From Macrostomum lignano (Eukaryota), in the NCBI GenBank assembly GCA_002269645.1, contig NIVC01001222.1, positions 46,846 to 110,845 on the forward strand: a stretch of DNA of 64,000 bases, given 5' to 3'. Under the pieces are notes generated by a model. The model was given only the letters and a program-made list of their open reading frames with translations. It made no database searches and was not told where the DNA came from. This document shows, in pieces, positions 57,831 through 64,000 of this stretch (positions within the stretch are counted from its first letter, which is position 1; each line of letters begins with the position of its first letter). Both the position numbers and the translations under genes were made by a program.

Positions 57831-60710
57831 CACTCTGGGTTATTCCATGATAGGGTCATCAAAGGTATAGAAATTTTTTTAAAAATTATTTGCAAATGTG
57901 AATATTTCATTTTGCATATAATTATGTATAGTTTCATTTTTATGTAGTTTCATACACATTTATCTACCTCTAGAAATATATATTTTGTTTTGATCATGGT
58001 ACCCTTGCAAGATTTTAAATGTCCCGCGGGACATTATAAAAAGTTTAATCTAGTTTTCAATAAGAAAAACAGTTAATAAACATAATGCATCAAGTGCATA
58101 AATAATAAAAATCTTTCTTTCTTATATCTAACGACTGAAATTATAAAATTTTATGATCTAATATAGTTCTATCTATCATAATTTTTTATTTCAAAAAGTT
58201 TGACTTCCCTTTTTTAAGTGTTAAAAACGACCATCATTTTTTTTACAAAAAGTTGTTGTACTAATTTTCAAGAGGTTTATAAGTTGATAATTTTTTGCTA
58301 AAATATTTTCTGAGCCTATATTTAAGTTAATAGTCATTTTTGTTAGTTTATGATAAGTGTAACATGCTAAAAAAAACCTGCAAAGTTACCTAACGACCAT
58401 CATTTTCTGGTATTCTGAAATTTGTTGATCTTCATAAAACCTGAATTACTATCATTTATTCCTAAATTTTATACAAAAAACTGAATTTACTGATATTCTA
58501 AAATCATTTATTTTTTAATGTGAATTACTTATTCAATTTCTCTTTCAAAGTTTTTACAGTTTTGATTGTAAAGAAAAATATAGTGGAATTCAAGTCTTTT
58601 ATTAAAAATGTATACTGTCAATTACTTGTTTGATACCTTAAAATCATTTTCAACCTGCACTATTAAAAAGGTTGTTCCAATTACTAACCATGCACCTAGA
58701 ACTCTCTACTTTAGTTTGCAATGCACCTTAACACATGCCCCAATCTTCAGCATAAGTAGTCTAACTAGACTCAAGTTTTTACTATCCATTGGTGCTACTG
58801 CTTATTGCCTAACAAATAATCTATATTTGCCTTTGGTTTTATTAATTGTTATATTCTATTCTTTGAATTCTTGAATAGATTAGGACTGTCCATCTTTATG
58901 ATCATATGTTAAGTTGTGCAATCATGAAGTGATGTTTTTGTTGAAGGTGCAAGCTAATTTTTGCTTACTTCTATCATAACTAATACCTTTACCATCTACC
59001 TCTAACTTTTAATATATACAAACTACAAACAACACGTCAGTTTTAGTATATTGAAATAGGTTTGAAACTATTATCCATGATACAAAAATCAAATGTCTTG
59101 TGCTAGTAGTGCTATTAGCTTTAGTTAGTAGGTAGTAATACCTGCTGTAAAGGGAATTGTTTTTTGTTTTACTTAGTCTAATTTCACTAACGAAATCTGT
59201 TTTCTCCGAGACTTGAAGCTAGGTCATACCCTACCCCAATCATAGCCAATAGGAAATGAGGAAATATATAGACCTATTCCTATCCAAGCAGCCATTCAGA
59301 GCTGTGGCCATCTTAGTGTGTGGCCATCTTGGTCATGCGCCACATTTTGCATAAGCCACTTAAAAAGTCATCGCATTAAGTCCTAGCAAATAATGCTTTC
59401 CTTTTATGGCTATGTAATTTTTAAGAATTTCTAAAAAGCTATAAGTATAACTCTGTAACAAATTAGCATTTTTATTTATAGCCAGCTAGGTAATTGTTAA
59501 ATTACTAGACTTGGCAATGGCATTTACCATGGCATAACTTAAAAAGCCAGGATCAATGCTATTATCTCTAGTACTATCTGTCCCAACAGCTAAAGTTTTA
59601 GTTGCTAATGTCTCCTGCACTTATATCCCAGGCACTGAGGCACTAATACTATAGTCACAAATGCTAATGTCTCTACCAGACTAGGCCTACCAGTATCACT
59701 GCCACTTCTACCATTAGTCAGCAAAGCACCTTGTTGCCAGAGTGAACTGTCTCCGACTCTGCTATTAAAAATATTTGATATCAAACAGTGTCAAAAAAAT
59801 TCAGGTAAAAAATTGAATGCATGCAAATTCGGCTACAAATAATTTTATTCAACAGACAAATTCGGCGAAAGCAAAATCGGCGACAATCTAGGCAATTGCA
59901 TATATGAAATATTAGCTAAAGTCTCGTGAAATGAAGATTATTAAGCTTAAAGGGACCACTTTGTGCTGTTTTGTGCAGTTTAAAATTTTAAAATTTGTCC
60001 TCCGCTGCGAAGAAAGTGCACTGATTTCATACTAAAGCCAATAGTCCCATAGATAAAAAATGTGTTGGATTGTTCGAAATAAATTGCATGGAATTTCATG
60101 AACCGACATTTCTTGGAAACCATTTTTAAAAGGTGAAAAATGGATAAAACAAACTCATTAAAAAAAACTTATATGCATTGACAAATACCATTGTACAAAT
60201 GGAATTTCTAGCATTATAAACAATTTATTTTTGCTTTCTCCAAATTTGTCCATTGTAAATCTCCGTCGCCAAATTTGTTCGTCGCCAAATTGGTCAGCAC
60301 CCAAAAAATCTGCGTAAAAATTCCTTTTGAATTATTGTGTTGATTTGTTAGCCTACAATCCTTTTACTTGAACAATACCAACAAAAAATAAACTTTGTAA
60401 GTCAGCAATTCATCTGCAGGCAATGCATATATTCACTTATTAAAAGATCCCTTAAATGACAATGGCAATGAATTTCTGGCATTCTTTCGTTATGCGACCC
60501 CTCTGTTGCACTGTTTCGTTATTCGATCCCTTGCACTTGAGCTAAACTGTATTTATATTGCCGCGTTGATTCGTTTATGTGATCCCTTAGAAAAGTCAAG
60601 GCAAGGTCAGTTTTCGATTTATATCATACCGCTGTAAAAAAATGGATGTCGCAAAAGTGTATTCGTACACTTTTTAAAGAGAAGCCGCACGCCCAAACTA
60701 TATCTTCAAT

Positions 60711-60753
60711 TTCGTACGATCCGTACGTAATTCGTACGTACGGATCGTACGAA
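60711..60753. repeat. Perfect 19-bp-stem palindrome with 5-nt loop
   Basis: ttcgtacgatccgtacgta-attcg-tacgtacggatcgtacgaa. Confidence 0.95.
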
Positions 60754-61937
60754 GAGTGAGTTCGCTTAAATTTTTATTTGGGGATCGCGGATATCGAATT
60801 TCGAAATTAAATGAGGGGGCCGTGCACGTGGTCCGATCCGCAGTCCACTCAAAAAACATTTAAAAAATAAAATTGACAGTAAGCTTGTACTAGATTTTCT
60901 TATATATCTTTACAAACGTAGCCTGATTAATTCATCGTACGGTTCCCTCATTGGAAATTAAGTACATTAAGTGAAATCCCCCATATGAGAGGAGATCTCG
61001 TAAGACGAAAGTGTGCGGGTTGTCCGCACAAAAGCATGCATAAAACCAAACTTGTTTTGGGCGGCATAATACACGAGAGGGGCGCCATACTGAGCAAACT
61101 GAGGACGGTGAGCTGGACCTTTCTTTTATTAGGGCAAAGGAAAAGGGGGCGCCATCATCGTCTGCGTAAGACGATCGTCTGCGTGAAAATCCTCCCCTGC
61201 AACTGCTGCATTAGTCCCATATTGCGCTATGTACGCTTATTTTTCAACACTAATTCGAAATCATTGCTCAAGGCTTACTAGACTAATGAGACAATGTTTG
61301 TGTGACACAACTGAATTAAATTATTTGGATTCACAAGTAGCTACATACTAGCAATAGTTGACCCCCCTTCGGGGAGAGTATTTAGTACAGTTATTTATCG
61401 CAATTGATTAACTAATATTCATAATAATCTCTCTTATTCACCGTATCTATAATTCAATATCTCAATAATTCAATATGAATATTCATAAATCAATTTTTAT
61501 ATTCATTCTTATTCATAGGTCTCATTCATTTAGTCATTAATATTTATTACACTACAATACACCACAGAAAGAAAGAACTCAAGCTATCTCCATTACAGAA
61601 TAGAGGATCGAAAAGTAAGAAGGAGAATGTTGGCTATAGACAATTATAGGCAATGCTCAGGTTCAGAGCAATGAATTGATTATATTATTTATTTGAAAAC
61701 AATAGTTATTTTTTTGTATTATTCTCTTATTTTTTACTGAATCAGATGCATACAGCGTTTATTGTATTATTTTTTTAGTATCAACAATCAATCAGAATTA
61801 TTATCAGAATAACATTGCTGCTTCTGCAACACCCAACCCCGGAGATTGACAGTGTGCACTTTATTGTTATTAAACTTAGCAGCTGCAACACCCAACACCA
61901 GAGATTGACTGTGTTGCTTTATCAATGACAATTCTTT

Positions 61938-63037
61938 TTAATCGTCCTCATTGATAGTAGAATGCGACGGTCCAGCGATTGGAGTAGACTCCATTTGGCC
62001 CAGTGACACGTCGCCTCCGCGTTTGTCTCGCGAAAAAATAATTTCGTCGTCTCCGCAGCGTACTTGCATTATTTGTACATTGCGGAATGATGCGAACATT
62101 TCAGGAGAGCACTGGAACACAAATGTGTCCCTCCGAACTTCCTGGTTATCAGGCGGTCTCGCAGTCGATTGGGTCTTTTGGACTGGCTCAAAGATTTGCT
62201 GACTCGACTGAGCCCTTTCAAACCACTCCGTCAAGTCAGAGTCATTGGCAGGATATTGGCGAACATTGGCCCTGGTACAATTTAGCGAAATATCATTGCC
62301 ATATTCTTGCACTTGGGCTCCTTGAACCTCTAGGGTGTCGCCCACAGTCCAGTGATTCACCAGACTTGCACTGTCGGCCCAGAATGTGCAGGAGTCAGAC
62401 GATGCCGAGTCATCGACTAGTGTCACCTTGGCCAAGTTAGTGGTAGTTCCTCGTTTTGTTTGGATTTCCCTTTGCGCCATAGTACTGGAAATGACGCCTC
62501 GAATGTCAACCTTCCTACATGACCATTGAAGAATTTTGCCATTAATTGTTAATCACATCCAAAACGAATGTTGCTTAGAATGAATGGTACGAGTACGACT
62601 TTAACTTACTTTCTCAGTGTAAAGGTTGAGAGAACGCCAATTTTTATGTACTGGGCTTTGCGCTGCTGGACAATTTCGTTGCTAGCAACAAGGACTCCAT
62701 CTTTATCCACTGACAGAGTCATTTCGAGCTCGTTGTCGGTTGAGTTGTACATAGAATTTGAGGCTTTCAACCAACCACCAGATACGCGCACGGCCGTAGC
62801 GTTTTTGCACAAGTAATGGTGTGTTCTCAAATTTGTTCCGAACACGCTTACCCGAATCTCGCTGTCTTCGTCTGCAAGATTAAAAGAGAACACTTGGCCA
62901 GTTCCCTTTGCGTTTGAATAATTTCTGATGTCCGTTAGCATTGACACCAATCCGATTATTGCGCCCTTCATCATGCCGGACACCAGCGCAGCGATGTTCA
63001 GCCTCTGCTGATTGGGCACTGTGCAGGAACCTTCCAT
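61938..63037 (-). CDS. Helitron-borne RPA70-like ssDNA-binding protein with two OB folds (~334 aa)
   Basis: Exons 63037-62610 (AA|gtaagt) and 62514-61938 (tgtag|G), 95-nt intron, 1005 nt open. DBD-A-like IRNYSNAKGTGQVFSFNLADEDSEIRVSVF; DBD-B-like VDIRGVIS..IQTKRG..VTLVDDS..CTFW..GAQVQEYGNDISLN. Confidence 0.85.
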
Positions 63038-63581
63038 TATAATTTGATTAGCACAGTTTATAATTGATTTAATTGACAAATAGTAATGCACTTATCTTTA
63101 TTGTTGACACGCGGTGGCTGCTGTAGATGAAGAAAGATTATCTTTATTGTTGACACGCGGTGGCTGCTGTAGATGAAGAAAGATTTAGTTTTGACTTTGA
63201 TTTGAAGCGTGAATTATTTTTCGGGCTTTAATCCCAACCGCTTAGGCTTACCTGTATGCGTCATAGACGCCTAAGTGGCACATGTACTTTTTTAACATAG
63301 ACGTACAAGCTGCGATGTTCTGCTCGAGAATGCGTATCATAGATCACGCACAAACGCACACACACACACACACTTGTGCTTTTCCATCGATAACTTGTTA
63401 TTCAATGACAATCCGATAGAAAGGATATATTTTTCTGTATTTACACATGCGTGTAAGTTGACAGTGTGCATTTTATTTATTTATCACGATTGAGCAGCTG
63501 CAACACCCAACCCCAGAGATTGACAGTGTGCATACTATTTCGTCTTAATAGTAATTGTGAGCAATCCTTTTAGATGGCCAT

Positions 63582-64000
63582 TCAAACAGTCAGCACTTCA
63601 GGGTACACGACATTTCTCGTCTTATCTCCAGAGATTCGGACCCGTACATTGGCCGCATTCTTTGCTCGCGACAGCGCAGTGTACAGCTGGCCGTGCGCAA
63701 AACAGCCGACAGCCAGGTCGATGCCCACGGTGTCGAGCGACTGGCCCTGTGACTTGTGGATCGTCAGGCAAAAGCTCGGCTTAACTGGGAACTGCAGCCG
63801 CTTGAAGCAGACTGGCAGGTCAGCATTGTTGGGCTGCAGCGGAATCCTCGGCAGTAAGATTTCATCACCAGAGAACTGGCCGGCAGCGACCTTGCAGCGC
63901 AGCACGTTCTCGCCAGCTCCAGGATGATCAGCCGGGTGCCGTTGCACAGCCTTGGCGGATTCAGATTCCGCAGCAGAACCAGCGGCATGCCCACCTTGAG
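63582..64000 (-). pseudogene. Helitron RepHel PIF1 helicase, C-terminal motifs, frameshifted near 63913
   Basis: KVGMPLVLLRNLNPPRLCNGTRLII (one frame) then ENVLRCKV..LLPRIPL..FKRLQFPVKPSFCLTIHKSQGQSL..GQLYTALSR..TRNVVYPEVL (other frame). Confidence 0.9.

Larger units (their letters stand above)
61348..64000 (-). mobile_element. Helitron, 3' portion (continues beyond the window end)
   Basis: PIF1-type helicase C-terminus upstream; canonical 3' end on the minus strand: hairpin ctccccgaagggggg, ~10 nt, CTAG, then host T at 61347. Confidence 0.85.

Noticed and set aside
57167-57937. Leu/Ser-rich 256-aa ORF resembling a membrane protein
   Set aside because: Reverse reading of a GA-rich low-complexity tract.
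60985-61281. 98-aa ORF next to the Helitron end
   Set aside because: No motif; lies outside the Helitron terminus in repeat-like DNA.
61938-63037. Host RPA1 gene
   Set aside because: Lacks the N-terminal and zinc-finger OB domains and sits between a Helitron helicase and a Helitron 3' terminus.

Overview
Eukaryotic genomic DNA: GC-rich exons, GT-AG introns, AT-rich spacers and very dense minisatellites. The style suggests a free-living flatworm such as Macrostomum, but that is an inference. Spliced models built by hand support eight host genes with intact or near-complete frames: a secreted PAN/mucin/fibrinogen protein, a secreted PLA2, a DHHC palmitoyltransferase, HROB (MCM8IP), UROD, a LOTUS-Tudor protein (TDRD5-like), ORC1 (no BAH domain visible), GINS4/SLD5 and LRRC58 (the PLA2 and TDRD5-like C-termini are uncertain). 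There is also a multiply disrupted, kinase-less EGFR-like pseudogene with a satellite-laden hAT MITE inside it. Mobile DNA includes a deleted hAT nested in a MITE, CORE-type SINEs, a PHD-FLYWCH (Mutator-like) relic, a TIR element carrying a 151-bp array, and the 3' part of a Helitron that encodes a spliced two-OB-fold RPA70-like protein. The most unusual pattern is that almost every intron or 5' flank of the conserved genes is filled by its own minisatellite, and several repeat units are copies of the neighbouring splice junction. Most long ORFs in the supplied track are artefacts of these arrays. No computation or database search was run; all calls come from reading the sequence and recalling family motifs.
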